Assembly (NCBI GenBank): GCA_029262795.1
Contig: JAJCYT010000018.1
Span: forward strand, 103,982-167,981
Source: Candidatus Fraserbacteria bacterium
Lineage (GTDB): Bacteria; Bipolaricaulota; Bipolaricaulia; RBG-16-55-9; JAJCYT01
DNA: 64,000 bases
Direction: 5' to 3'
In this document: piece after piece, positions 19,241-28,490 of the stretch
Numbering within the stretch: the first letter of the stretch is position 1
Layout of the letters: each line of letters begins with the position of its first letter
Notes under the pieces: generated by a model
What the model was told of the DNA's origin: nothing
The model's database searches: none
The model's input: only the letters and a program-made list of their open reading frames with translations
Translations under genes and position numbers: made by a program

Positions 19241-20065
19241 ATGAAAAACAGTCGAATGCTCAGAAAACTCTTAAGAAATAAAATGGCAACCTTTGGTTTC
19301 TTTATCCTTGTATCGGTTACTTTGTTTGCGGGCATTTATCCACTTTTAAGCCCCCACGATCCAACAGCAATGACGGGTGCGCCGTTTGGTGATCCGTCTG
19401 CAGATTACTGGCTGGGCACAGACAGTTATGGGCGCGATCAGATGGTGCGAATGTCATTGGCTTTTCGCACGGACTTGATGGTGACTCTGGCTGCACTGGC
19501 ACTGGCGCTGCTGATTGGAATTCCACTTGGGCTGGCTTCGGGATTCTTTGGCAATATTGCAGACAACATCATCATGCGCTTTTTGGACATCATCATGGCC
19601 TTTCCCGTGATCGTGCTGTCCATTGCCATCATTGCCACCATGGGCAAAAGCACACAGAATGTGGGCATTGTCATTGGGTTGGTCTATGCGCCCATTTTCG
19701 CACGCATTGTGCGTGGTCAAACCCTGGTATTAAAAAATGAGGAATACGTGCATGCTGCCAAGGCCATGGGCCGATCCAGCATGACCACCTTGTTTCGCCA
19801 CATCCTGCCCAACAGTTTTCAGGTGATTGCCGCACAGACGATGTTGCAGGCCAGCTTTGGGATTTTAACCATCTCTGCGCTGTCCTTTTTCGGCCTGGGG
19901 GTACAGCCTCCTGAACCGTCCTTGGGCGTGATGCTCAAAGACGGCATCAACTTCACCGACTACGCGCCTTGGCTTTCCATCTTTCCGGGCTTTGCCATTT
20001 TTTATGTTTCCCTGGGCCTCAACATGGCAGGTGAAGGGCTCATCAAAGCCACCAGCCCGAAATAA
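19241..20065 (+). CDS. ABC transporter permease (DppC/OppC-like)
   Basis: 274 aa, polytopic. EAA loop: VHAAKAMGRSSMTTLFRHILPNSF. Confidence 0.85.
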   Translation: MKNSRMLRKLLRNKMATFGFFILVSVTLFAGIYPLLSPHDPTAMTGAPFGDPSADYWLGTDSYGRDQMVRMSLAFRTDLMVTLAALALALLIGIPLGLASGFFGNIADNIIMRFLDIIMAFPVIVLSIAIIATMGKSTQNVGIVIGLVYAPIFARIVRGQTLVLKNEEYVHAAKAMGRSSMTTLFRHILPNSFQVIAAQTMLQASFGILTISALSFFGLGVQPPEPSLGVMLKDGINFTDYAPWLSIFPGFAIFYVSLGLNMAGEGLIKATSPK

Positions 20066-20080
20066 GTTCTTGTATGCAAT

Positions 20081-20107
20081 AAAGGGCACACCAACAATGT
20101 GCCCTTT
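20081..20107. terminator. bidirectional rho-independent terminator between convergent genes
   Basis: AAAGGGCACA (20081..20090) pairs perfectly with TGTGCCCTTT (20098..20107), with a 7-nt loop. The A/T tracts are built into the stem, so it can act on both strands. Confidence 0.6.
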
Positions 20108-20135
20108 ATTGTTGATTGTATGCTGACATCTGTGG

Positions 20136-21158
20136 TTAATTTAAGATAATCAGTTGCTTCACATCGCTTCGTTCTACCTCTCCATTTGATTTGTGGATGG
20201 TGACCACATAAAAGTACACGCCATTGGCCAACCGTTGTCCATCCTGATTTAGGCCGTAAAAGCGCAGACTGTTACCATCTGAGCGATCTTCGAATACCAC
20301 CTGGCCGGAAGTGTCCATCATCATCAGTTCCACATCTTCCACGCCGTAGCCCAAGACAGTGATTGCCAGCTCACCTGGGCTAGGGGCTGTCACATTCAGA
20401 CTGATGGGCTCAGGGGCACGACCTGGGGCCAACACTTGAATTTCGTCAATGCCGCCAAACAGGCTTTGTACGCGCAGTTGATTTTCAAAACAGTAAACCA
20501 CACCACGATCCAAGCCCGTTAAAAAAGCGTTCATTCGCATGTCGGGAGAACCATGGGCATTGGGGTCATCATGTGGCGTGCCTTCAGGGTCGCCAAGCAC
20601 AAAGAACGTGTAAGCGCCTTCTTCCACATCCCCAGGATCCGCCAGCCCATCTTCAACCACGTGAGCCGTGTAAGCGCCAGTGAGGCAATCAGCCTGCAAC
20701 TCTGAATCAATGGTCATCATGGTGCCAAACAATCCAAGCTGACCTTGCAGCGCGTGACCCCACTCATGGCCCAAAATGGCGGCCACAGCAAAGTCGCCAA
20801 TTTCCTGAAGCAGGTAATCAAACAGTTCAGCATCATAAGAAATGGTGTGATCCAGTGAGCAGTAAAAAGCATTATTAGGAATAGATTCACCGCATTCAGT
20901 GTAGACAGGGTAGTTGGCTGTGTAAGGCTGCACCACATTAGGTGGAAAATATTCCAGGTTGTATTCAACAAACGTCTGGCGCCAGAAATTGTCGATGTCG
21001 TTAACGGCAAAATCTACCAAGTCGAACAAGTCCCAACCACCATCATGCTCGGGTGTAAAAATATCGAGTCGTTCAAATTCCTGTGCCTGAGCCAAGGTGG
21101 CTGTTCCAATGACCAAGACCAATAAAATGATTGTAATTTTCAAAAGCAAATGTTTCAT
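20136..21158 (-). CDS. secreted neutral zinc metallopeptidase (YpfJ/Zn_peptidase-like) with C-terminal sorting-like beta-sandwich domain
   Basis: 340 aa. Sec signal MKHLLLKITIILLVLVIGTATLAQAQE. HExxH site ILGHEWGHALQ. The C-terminal ~80 aa (LRFYGLNQDGQRLANGVYFYVVTIHKSNGEVERSDVKQLIILN) matches the C-termini of the 58056 and 60829 gene products. Confidence 0.7.
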   Translation of the reverse strand: MKHLLLKITIILLVLVIGTATLAQAQEFERLDIFTPEHDGGWDLFDLVDFAVNDIDNFWRQTFVEYNLEYFPPNVVQPYTANYPVYTECGESIPNNAFYCSLDHTISYDAELFDYLLQEIGDFAVAAILGHEWGHALQGQLGLFGTMMTIDSELQADCLTGAYTAHVVEDGLADPGDVEEGAYTFFVLGDPEGTPHDDPNAHGSPDMRMNAFLTGLDRGVVYCFENQLRVQSLFGGIDEIQVLAPGRAPEPISLNVTAPSPGELAITVLGYGVEDVELMMMDTSGQVVFEDRSDGNSLRFYGLNQDGQRLANGVYFYVVTIHKSNGEVERSDVKQLIILN

Positions 21159-21366
21159 GATTTTCTCCTTTACGCTTTTATTTGGTGTCGTTTTTAAACG
21201 CGGGTTTGAGCTACAAAGTGGCTCATTTCCCGGATGCGAAAGTTGAACTTAAACTAACTGGAATGCGTGACAATATCGTGACAGACCTTCTTTGAGTTGT
21301 TTCCCCAAAAAGCATCGTGTTACACTCAACAATGGGTTTAAATCAGGATGATGAGGGAGGTCTCTG

Positions 21367-23307
21367 ATGCTGCGAGCAAGCAGTTGGGGACGTATTTCGG
21401 TGTTGCTGTTTTTTTTCTTGGTCACACTGCTATCGGCACACACCAGCGTTCAGTCACAATCTGAAGATGCTGAGGTGATTGCCATTGCAACCGTGCTGGA
21501 TGTCGATGGCAATCGAGTCTTGGGCGATCGGGAAATATTGGAAGCAGTCAGATTGTGGATTGTGGGCATTTCCCCGCCAACACGAAATCAATCCATTCTG
21601 GACACACAAATTTTAGGACTTATTCGCTTATGGATCACAGGCGCCTTGCTGCCAGATGGGCCTTCATCACCCACCCTCCCCCCCGATGACGAGGAGGGGC
21701 CACACGAAGATGACCTGCCGAATGGAGCAGATGCCATCATTCAATCCCTGTCTCAAAGTTCTTCAAAATTATTTAAGACATTTGATAACATCAGGGCCAT
21801 CCGCTCCATGTTCAAAAACGATCTGGAAGATGAGATTGAAGATACCTTCATTCCAGGACTACGCGCCTATCACGACAGCCAACAAGTGTTAAACGACCTA
21901 ATAAGTGTGTGTCCTGCAGGGCCAATTCGGCGTGCTGATTTAATGGGCTTTATTGAAACCACAGAAGACATTGTAGATCTGGTCAAAAAAGATTTTAACG
22001 CAACCACACAATTTCAATCCGCCATAACCAGCTTTAATCAAGCACTGTCTATGTTTCTTGCTGACAACGATCCGCAAGCACTTCAGTTCACGTGCGGTGC
22101 AAACGGAGGTCAGATGTTTATGTCTCAAGGGCTCGACGGTCTGGCTGATCAATTGGGACTAATGGCCAGTGATTTTGCAACGCAGGCAAACGACATTGTG
22201 CTCGACTTGCAAAACTCAAAGACACAATTTCAGGATGTGACAACTGCATTCAAAAGCTTATTACAATCTGATATCCCTACCACCAGCGCACTGTTTGAAC
22301 ACCTTAACGGGGCGGCTGATATGATTGGCTCCTTCCTCATTGGCGCTGCTCTCAGTGACAGCATGGATGAAATTGGTGGCGTTCAACAATTGTTTTCGGT
22401 AGAAGACTTTGACCTGCCCAATCTCAATCCAAGCGAGATCATGCTGAAAACTGAAAATGCTGATGACAGCTTTAGTGATATTTTTTCACAAGAAGGAGAA
22501 TTTGGCTGGATGTTGAACGGGTTTCAATTCTATTTCTGTGGCGGCAAATATGTCACCATCATCGGCACGGAAGGCAATGACACCCTGAAAGGAAAAACCA
22601 AAGACCCCATCGATGGCATTGGCGGCACGGACAATGTGGATGACGTAATTTCCGGTCTGGGTGGTGACGACAATCTTACGGGACTTGGCGGCAATGACAT
22701 CATTTGTGGCGGCGATGGTGATGATAAAATCATCGGCAATGCTGGCAATGATCTCCTTTACGGTGGTCAAGGCGCAGATCAGATAGATGGCAGCGAAGGC
22801 CACGACCGCATTTATGGTGGGCCTGCTGACGACCTCATCTTGGGAGGCATTGGCCAGGATATTCTTTTTGGTGAAGGCAGCAACGACATCATCATTGCAG
22901 GCAATGGCTTAAATTCAGCAGATTTCGACATGGTGTTTGGCGGATATGGTGATGACAAACTCAATGGCGATGACGGTGTGGACTGGATTGATGGCGGACC
23001 AGGCCAGGACATTCTTGAAGGGAATGGCCATGATGACAGCATGTGGGGCGGCGATGGCGAAGACATCCTGCGTGGTGGCCCTGGAAACGACACCCTGGAG
23101 GGGGATGCTGCGGGTGGCACGGTGGACCTTTCCTTCCTACACCGTGACGAACTCTATGGTGATGCAGGCAACGATTTTCTGCTTGGCGGCTATGGTGGCG
23201 ACCTGCTGGTCGGGGGAGAAGGCCAGGATATTTGCAACGGTGGCAAGGCAGGCGGATTCCCCGACACCGCCTCGACCGATTGCGAGACTGTAAAAAATGT
23301 CCCTTAA
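21367..23307 (+). CDS. secreted protein with hemolysin-type (RTX) calcium-binding nonapeptide repeats
   Basis: 646 aa. N-terminal Sec-type signal. The C-terminal third consists of GGxGxDxxx repeats (GLGGDDNLTGLGGNDIICGGDGDDKIIGNAGNDLLYGGQGADQIDG...). I did not recognise the central helical domain. Confidence 0.75.
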   Translation: MLRASSWGRISVLLFFFLVTLLSAHTSVQSQSEDAEVIAIATVLDVDGNRVLGDREILEAVRLWIVGISPPTRNQSILDTQILGLIRLWITGALLPDGPSSPTLPPDDEEGPHEDDLPNGADAIIQSLSQSSSKLFKTFDNIRAIRSMFKNDLEDEIEDTFIPGLRAYHDSQQVLNDLISVCPAGPIRRADLMGFIETTEDIVDLVKKDFNATTQFQSAITSFNQALSMFLADNDPQALQFTCGANGGQMFMSQGLDGLADQLGLMASDFATQANDIVLDLQNSKTQFQDVTTAFKSLLQSDIPTTSALFEHLNGAADMIGSFLIGAALSDSMDEIGGVQQLFSVEDFDLPNLNPSEIMLKTENADDSFSDIFSQEGEFGWMLNGFQFYFCGGKYVTIIGTEGNDTLKGKTKDPIDGIGGTDNVDDVISGLGGDDNLTGLGGNDIICGGDGDDKIIGNAGNDLLYGGQGADQIDGSEGHDRIYGGPADDLILGGIGQDILFGEGSNDIIIAGNGLNSADFDMVFGGYGDDKLNGDDGVDWIDGGPGQDILEGNGHDDSMWGGDGEDILRGGPGNDTLEGDAAGGTVDLSFLHRDELYGDAGNDFLLGGYGGDLLVGGEGQDICNGGKAGGFPDTASTDCETVKNVP

Positions 23308-23400
23308 CTGAGTTTGACCAGCCCAATGCAAGTGAGAAAAAATTGACCTGACCCAAGTGAAGCGATAGGCTGTAGTTAAAGGTTGAGTCAAGGAGTCAAT

Positions 23401-23997
23401 ATGTCACAAGCGTCCAGTGATGTGACCGGTTTGTTGATGGCATGGAGCAGTGGCGATGAACGCGCTCAGGACAAGCTCATGCCGCTTGTGTATGAAGAAC
23501 TTCAGCAGATTGCCAGTCGTTATCTTCGTCGTGAGTACGTTGGTCACACCATGCAAACGGTCGATCTGGCCAACGAAGCCTACATGAAGCTGGTGGATCA
23601 GAATCAGGTAGACTGGAAAAATCGCGCTCATTTTTTCGGCATTGCCGCCAACATCATGCGTCGTATTCTGATTGATCAGGCTCGTAGTCGACAGGCAGTC
23701 AAGCGTGGTGGTGAGGTCAAGAAATTTTCCCTCGACCATGAAGCCGTTCAACTTTCCTATGTGGGCTTTTCGGAAGAACCCAACTTTGATCTGCTGGACC
23801 TGGACGATGCTTTGAAAGAACTGGCCGAATTCGATCCACGCCAGGGTAAACTTGTCGAACTCCGATTTTTTGGCGGACTGAGCATTGCCGAAACGGGCGA
23901 AGTGTTGGAAATCTCCCCCGCCACCGTCAAGCGCGAATGGAATGTCGCAAAAGCCTGGCTCAAACGCCGACTCAGCCAACACACCAATGACGCCTGA
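23401..23997 (+). CDS. ECF-type RNA polymerase sigma factor (kinase-associated class)
   Basis: Region 2 (PLVYEELQQIASRYLRRE...DLANEAYMKL) and region 4 (VELRFFGGLSIAETGEVLEISPATVKREWNVAKAWL) are present. I prefer the ATG at 23401, which has an AAGGAG RBS at 23390..23395, over the track TTG at 23383. Confidence 0.85.
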   Translation: MSQASSDVTGLLMAWSSGDERAQDKLMPLVYEELQQIASRYLRREYVGHTMQTVDLANEAYMKLVDQNQVDWKNRAHFFGIAANIMRRILIDQARSRQAVKRGGEVKKFSLDHEAVQLSYVGFSEEPNFDLLDLDDALKELAEFDPRQGKLVELRFFGGLSIAETGEVLEISPATVKREWNVAKAWLKRRLSQHTNDA

Positions 23998-26900
23998 ATT
24001 GTGGCAAAGGGTTAAAGAAGTTTTTGATCAGGCACTAGAAATTGCGCCTGATGAGCGATCCTCATTCTTAATCAAAGTCTGTGGTACTGATGCAACACTG
24101 AAAACCGAAGTTGAATCCCTGCTCGACACTTACAAAGAAGACGATGATTTTTTAGAAACCCCTGCTGCTGAAGTATTTGCATCAAAAATTGCGCCAAACA
24201 GCACAGCCAGTTTCAATGCGCCCCCCACTCAATTTGGACGATATCAGGTCATCAAGCCATTAGGACAGGGTGGCATGGCCACGGTCTATCAAGCGCAGGA
24301 CCCGACTTTGGATCGCCAGGTTGCCATCAAAGTGATCCATCCACATTTGGCGCACGAAGCCAATTTTGACCAGCGATTTTTACAGGAAGCCAAAACAGTC
24401 GCAGCCCTGAGCCACCCCAACATCATTCAGATTTTCGATCTGGACCTGATCGATGGGGCTCCCTTCATGGTGATGGAATGTCTCCAAGGCGGCACGCTCA
24501 AAGACAAACTGCATCAGCAGGGCGTTCTCGATTTGGAAATGATCATCCAATTGATTGAGCGAATGACGCAAGCGCTGGATGTGGCCCATCAACAGGACAT
24601 TATTCATCGAGACTTAAAGCCGGCCAATATATTGTTCAATGAACGAAATGAACCCATTCTGACCGATTTCGGTATCGCCAAGCTGATGACCGAAACTGTG
24701 CAACTCAGCGTCACCGGCAGTGCGGTGGGCACGCCAACCTACATGGCCCCTGAACAGGCAAAAGGCGATCACCCCACACCACAAAGTGACCTCTATGCCT
24801 TGGGCGTGATGCTGTATGAATTGATGACAGGCCGTGTGCCATTCCGAGGCGATTCTCCTATTGCCGTGGTGTTGCAACATTTGGAAGAACAGCCGGTTGC
24901 ACCCTCCACGCTTCAACCTGATTTGTCACAGGCAGTGGAGGCCGTCATCCTCAAAGCACTATCAAAATCACCACAGGATCGCTTTCAAAGTGCGATTGAG
25001 TTGTACGAAAGTTTCACTCAGGCAGTGCGTGACAAAGCAGATACATCAACCGCTTCAACAGTTCAGCCGCCACGAACTGTGCCTCAGCCTGAGCCTCGAA
25101 TTGAACAGCCAGTTGAAACCATTGAGCTCAACTTGCCTTTGCCAGCCACCCCATTCCTGGGGCGAGACAAAGAACTGGACGACATCAACACTGCATTTGC
25201 TGATTCAAATTGCCATTTGTTAAACCTGATTGGTCCTGGCGGCATAGGTAAAACACGTCTGGCTCTGAAAACAGCAGAAGCCCAGCACCTAAACTTTTTG
25301 CATGGGGTTGCTTTTGTCCCACTCGAAGCGGTGGCTTCCTCGCAACAGATCGTGACCAAAATTGCGGAATCAGTGCGCTTTAGTTTTTTCAATGCAAGAA
25401 ACCCCAAAACATTGCTGTTCGATTTTCTCAGCAACAAAGCCATGCTTCTGGTGCTGGACAACTTTGAACATTTGGTCGAGCATGCTGTGCTCATTTCAGA
25501 ACTGTTACAGCGCGCACCTGGAATCAAGGTGCTGACCACTTCCCGCGAACGGCTTCATCTTCAAGAGGAGTGGGTGATGGAATTGAATGGACTGCCCATT
25601 CCAGAATCTGCTTCGATGGATGCTTTGCAAGATCACACCTCAATTCAATTGTTCATCAATCAGGCCAAGCGTGGCAACGTGAATTTCACTCTCAATGAAG
25701 CAGGCCTTCCCGTTTTGCTCGACATTTGCCGCATGGTGGATGGGTTGCCATTGGGCATTGAGCTGGCTGCTGGTTGGAGCCGGATGCTGCCCATTTCCGA
25801 AATCGCAAAAGAGATCGAAAAGAATTTGGATTTCCTGGCCAGCAATGTACAAAATCTGCCCAAACGCCATCGCAGTCTGCGAGCAGTGTTCGATTATTCC
25901 TGGCAGCTTTTGTCTCAAGATGAACAAAGCGCATTTCAAAAACTTTGCCTGCTGCCAGCTTCGTTTGATCATCAGGCAGCATCCTATATTGCTGATGCTT
26001 CGCTGCCAACGCTGATGTCTTTGCTGGACAAATCTTTGTTGCGACAAAGCGACCAAGCCCATTACAAGGTGCCAAATTTATTACGACAGTTTGGTGAAGA
26101 AACATTGCGTCAACAGGGCCAGAGCTATCGTTTGACTCAAAGAAAATTCTGTACATATTTTTCAGAATTTCTCAATCACCGAGAAGCTCTTTTGCAATCC
26201 CCTGAACAAAAGTCTGTCTTGGATGAGATTCAAACATCATTGCCTCACTTGAGGCTCAGTTGGCAGTGGTCGGTGGATCAGGTGAAAGTTGAATGGCTGG
26301 ATCAATCACTTCATGCGTTTTTCCTGTTCTTTGAGAAAAAAGGGTTGTTCCGTGAAGGCTTGGAACTGTTTGAAAAGGCATTTCTTCAACTCAAAAAAGT
26401 CTCAACCAATGATGACCACCCTGCAACCCTGCTGTTGTTCAAACTCATGACCCGCCAAGGCCATCTGATGCGGCTGTTGAGTCTCAATCAAAAATCATTG
26501 GCATTGCTGCAAAAAAGTGCAGATCAACTGGCCATGCTCGATGCATCATCTGAATATGCGTTCACTTTAACTTCACTGGCCAACACGCAATTGCGCCTGG
26601 GACAAAGCGATCAGGCAGAAGCCACTTTTTCAAAAGCAATGGATGTTTATCAAGCCATTGACGACCCTATTGGCATGGCCAGTGTACTCAACGGCCTCAG
26701 CAACATCAGCTACCATTACGGCAATCTTGAAGATGCACAACGTAAGACTGAGGAAAGCCTGGCACTGCGACGTCAGGAAAATGATTTGGTGGGCGTCGCT
26801 GCATCACTCAACAATCTGGGAAACATCACCGGCGATCGCGGAGATTTGGAAAACTGCATCAGCTATTACGAGGAATCCTTGGACATCAAAAAGAAACTGG

Positions 26901-27619
26901 GTGAAAGCCTGGGCGTTGCCACCACACTGAACAATTTAGGCGCAACTTATGCCGTGTTTGGCGAATATGAAAAAGCTGTCTATTACCATAAACAATCGCT
27001 GGAAAACCATCGCAAAATTGGCGACCTGTGGGGCACAGCCACTTCAATCAGCAATATTGCACGCTGCTATCTGGACTTGAAACAATACGAGAAAAGTAAA
27101 CAAATGGAAGAAGAAAGCCTCATCATGCGTCAGGAAATTGGCGATATCCGTGGCATTGCCGTGTCTTACCATCATCTCGCCATTCTGGCCATCAAACAGG
27201 ATGATCTTGAAGCCGCCCAACCTCCCCTAAAGCAAGCACTTCAATACATCCGACAAGATGGAAATGCGACAGAAACGATTTCCATTCTCACCAACTGTGG
27301 ACATGTCAGTCGCAGGCAGAATGAAATTTTCACGGCCTGGGGCCATTTAATTGAGGCTCTAAAACTAACTCTAAAGATCAATGCGGGTCTCCTCAAAATG
27401 AGCGTATTGAACGAAATCGGCATGCTGCTTGTGGATACCGAGCATACCGGCCTGGCAATGAAATCACTCCAAGTGGTTGCCCAACATCCTGCCACCATTG
27501 AAGAAGTACGCCAAAAAGCACAAACTTTTTTGAGTCAATCAGATCCCCCCCTCCCGGAAACTTCGAAAGAGGTTGAGCTAGAAACTCTTGTTGAAAAGAT
27601 TTTAGACATTGATTTTTAA
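23987..27619 (+). CDS. soluble Ser/Thr protein kinase fused to STAND-type P-loop NTPase and TPR repeats
   Basis: Hanks motifs: GQGGMATVY, VAIKVI, HRDLKPANILF, DFGIAK, GTPTYMAPE. Walker A GPGGIGKTRLAL and Walker B LLVLDNFEH. The C-terminal TPR array has repeated LNNLG-type helices. I see no hydrophobic TM segment. The start ATG at 23987 (MTPELWQRVKEVF) overlaps the sigma gene by 11 nt. The track start at 23885 would lie inside the sigma CDS. Confidence 0.85.
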   Translation: MTPELWQRVKEVFDQALEIAPDERSSFLIKVCGTDATLKTEVESLLDTYKEDDDFLETPAAEVFASKIAPNSTASFNAPPTQFGRYQVIKPLGQGGMATVYQAQDPTLDRQVAIKVIHPHLAHEANFDQRFLQEAKTVAALSHPNIIQIFDLDLIDGAPFMVMECLQGGTLKDKLHQQGVLDLEMIIQLIERMTQALDVAHQQDIIHRDLKPANILFNERNEPILTDFGIAKLMTETVQLSVTGSAVGTPTYMAPEQAKGDHPTPQSDLYALGVMLYELMTGRVPFRGDSPIAVVLQHLEEQPVAPSTLQPDLSQAVEAVILKALSKSPQDRFQSAIELYESFTQAVRDKADTSTASTVQPPRTVPQPEPRIEQPVETIELNLPLPATPFLGRDKELDDINTAFADSNCHLLNLIGPGGIGKTRLALKTAEAQHLNFLHGVAFVPLEAVASSQQIVTKIAESVRFSFFNARNPKTLLFDFLSNKAMLLVLDNFEHLVEHAVLISELLQRAPGIKVLTTSRERLHLQEEWVMELNGLPIPESASMDALQDHTSIQLFINQAKRGNVNFTLNEAGLPVLLDICRMVDGLPLGIELAAGWSRMLPISEIAKEIEKNLDFLASNVQNLPKRHRSLRAVFDYSWQLLSQDEQSAFQKLCLLPASFDHQAASYIADASLPTLMSLLDKSLLRQSDQAHYKVPNLLRQFGEETLRQQGQSYRLTQRKFCTYFSEFLNHREALLQSPEQKSVLDEIQTSLPHLRLSWQWSVDQVKVEWLDQSLHAFFLFFEKKGLFREGLELFEKAFLQLKKVSTNDDHPATLLLFKLMTRQGHLMRLLSLNQKSLALLQKSADQLAMLDASSEYAFTLTSLANTQLRLGQSDQAEATFSKAMDVYQAIDDPIGMASVLNGLSNISYHYGNLEDAQRKTEESLALRRQENDLVGVAASLNNLGNITGDRGDLENCISYYEESLDIKKKLGESLGVATTLNNLGATYAVFGEYEKAVYYHKQSLENHRKIGDLWGTATSISNIARCYLDLKQYEKSKQMEEESLIMRQEIGDIRGIAVSYHHLAILAIKQDDLEAAQPPLKQALQYIRQDGNATETISILTNCGHVSRRQNEIFTAWGHLIEALKLTLKINAGLLKMSVLNEIGMLLVDTEHTGLAMKSLQVVAQHPATIEEVRQKAQTFLSQSDPPLPETSKEVELETLVEKILDIDF

Positions 27620-27674
27620 CAATCTTTAATTCTGTTCTTCACTTAAGCAATCCATTCAAAAAACTCCTTATGAT

Positions 27675-27773
27675 CCATGAGCCACTTATGCGCTTTTTTT
27701 CGCGTTGGTTAGTTGAGGCGAAATGAACATGAATTTTTTAATCAACAACAGCAACGAGAAAGGGCACATAATG
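27675..27773 (+). promoter_or_regulatory. conserved 99-nt upstream/leader element, copy 1
   Basis: CCATGAGCCAC, 15 nt, then the 33-nt core CGCGTTGGTTAGTTGAGGCGAAATGAACATGAA (27701..27733), continuing to GAAAGGG and the ATG at 27771. The length and register are the same as in copies 2 and 3. Confidence 0.6.
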
Positions 27774-28460
27774 AAACATTCCACACTTAAAAACACAGGA
27801 CTCGCCATGATGGCTTTGGTCTTAATTTCAATTTTGGTCACCGGTTGCGGTGGCAGAAACACCCCACAAGCCAATGGCCAACCTGGCCAACAATCCGCAC
27901 AAACCCTCAACAACGCGCTGCTACAGGGTCAAACACAAGGTAGTGTTCGTTCAGTGATCGGCAACAATTCTCAGATTCAGGGCCAGCCACAGGGCGGTTT
28001 TCAAAATGGTCAGTTGAACAACAATCGCCCGACCAATGGCCAACCTCAAGGCTTGGGTCAAGCCATGAGCACAGGGTTCCAGAATGGTCAGGCTCAGCCC
28101 AACCAACCGCAGGGATTGGCACAACAATCTTACGGGCAGTCCTCTTATGGCAATTCAGGATACGGTCAGCCCATGGCGCAACCCAACAATGGCTGGAACA
28201 TGCCACAGAATTCATACAACGATCCTTACTTCGGTAACTTTGAAGACTGCGGCTGCTTCGATAACTTTGAAGATTATGGATTGAAAGACTTCGGTGAAGA
28301 TGTTGAAGAGCTTATAGGTTGGATCAACCCCTTCGACGACAATGAAAATTCCAACCAAGCCACAGACTATTACTGGATGAACGATGCCACCGGCATGGTC
28401 GTGGTCACGCAATCCCCCCAACCTCCCGCACAAGGGTTTGTTTTAGCTGAACAGAACTAA
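27723..28460 (+). CDS. Q/G/N-rich lipoprotein (short paralogue of the next two genes)
   Basis: Lipobox LVTGC. Low-complexity Gln/Gly/Asn-rich body. C-terminal DYYWMNDATG motif. Alternative start at ATG 27771 (MKHSTLK) behind GAAAGGG. Confidence 0.7.
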   Translation: MNMNFLINNSNEKGHIMKHSTLKNTGLAMMALVLISILVTGCGGRNTPQANGQPGQQSAQTLNNALLQGQTQGSVRSVIGNNSQIQGQPQGGFQNGQLNNNRPTNGQPQGLGQAMSTGFQNGQAQPNQPQGLAQQSYGQSSYGNSGYGQPMAQPNNGWNMPQNSYNDPYFGNFEDCGCFDNFEDYGLKDFGEDVEELIGWINPFDDNENSNQATDYYWMNDATGMVVVTQSPQPPAQGFVLAEQN

Positions 28461-28490
28461 ACGTTAGCGCGTTTCCAAGTCACGGTGAAA

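Noticed and set aside
22560-23200. Apparent DNA-level periodicity in the RTX gene as a tandem repeat or VNTR.
   Set aside because: The periodicity is at the protein level (GGxGxDxxx nonapeptides) with degenerate codons, so it is not a nucleotide tandem repeat.
23885-23986. Track start of the kinase ORF inside the sigma-factor gene (MPKRAKCWKSPPPP...).
   Set aside because: It would give a 113-nt out-of-frame overlap with sigma region 4. The ATG at 23987 yields the MTPELWQRVKEVF N-terminus typical of sigma-linked kinases.
23987-27619. The STAND NTPase-TPR protein as an Avs/NLR-like antiphage defence gene.
   Set aside because: The N-terminal module is a kinase translationally coupled to an ECF sigma. 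No nuclease, protease, TIR or other toxic effector is present, and the neighbours are not defence genes. I keep this as a minority alternative in the findings.
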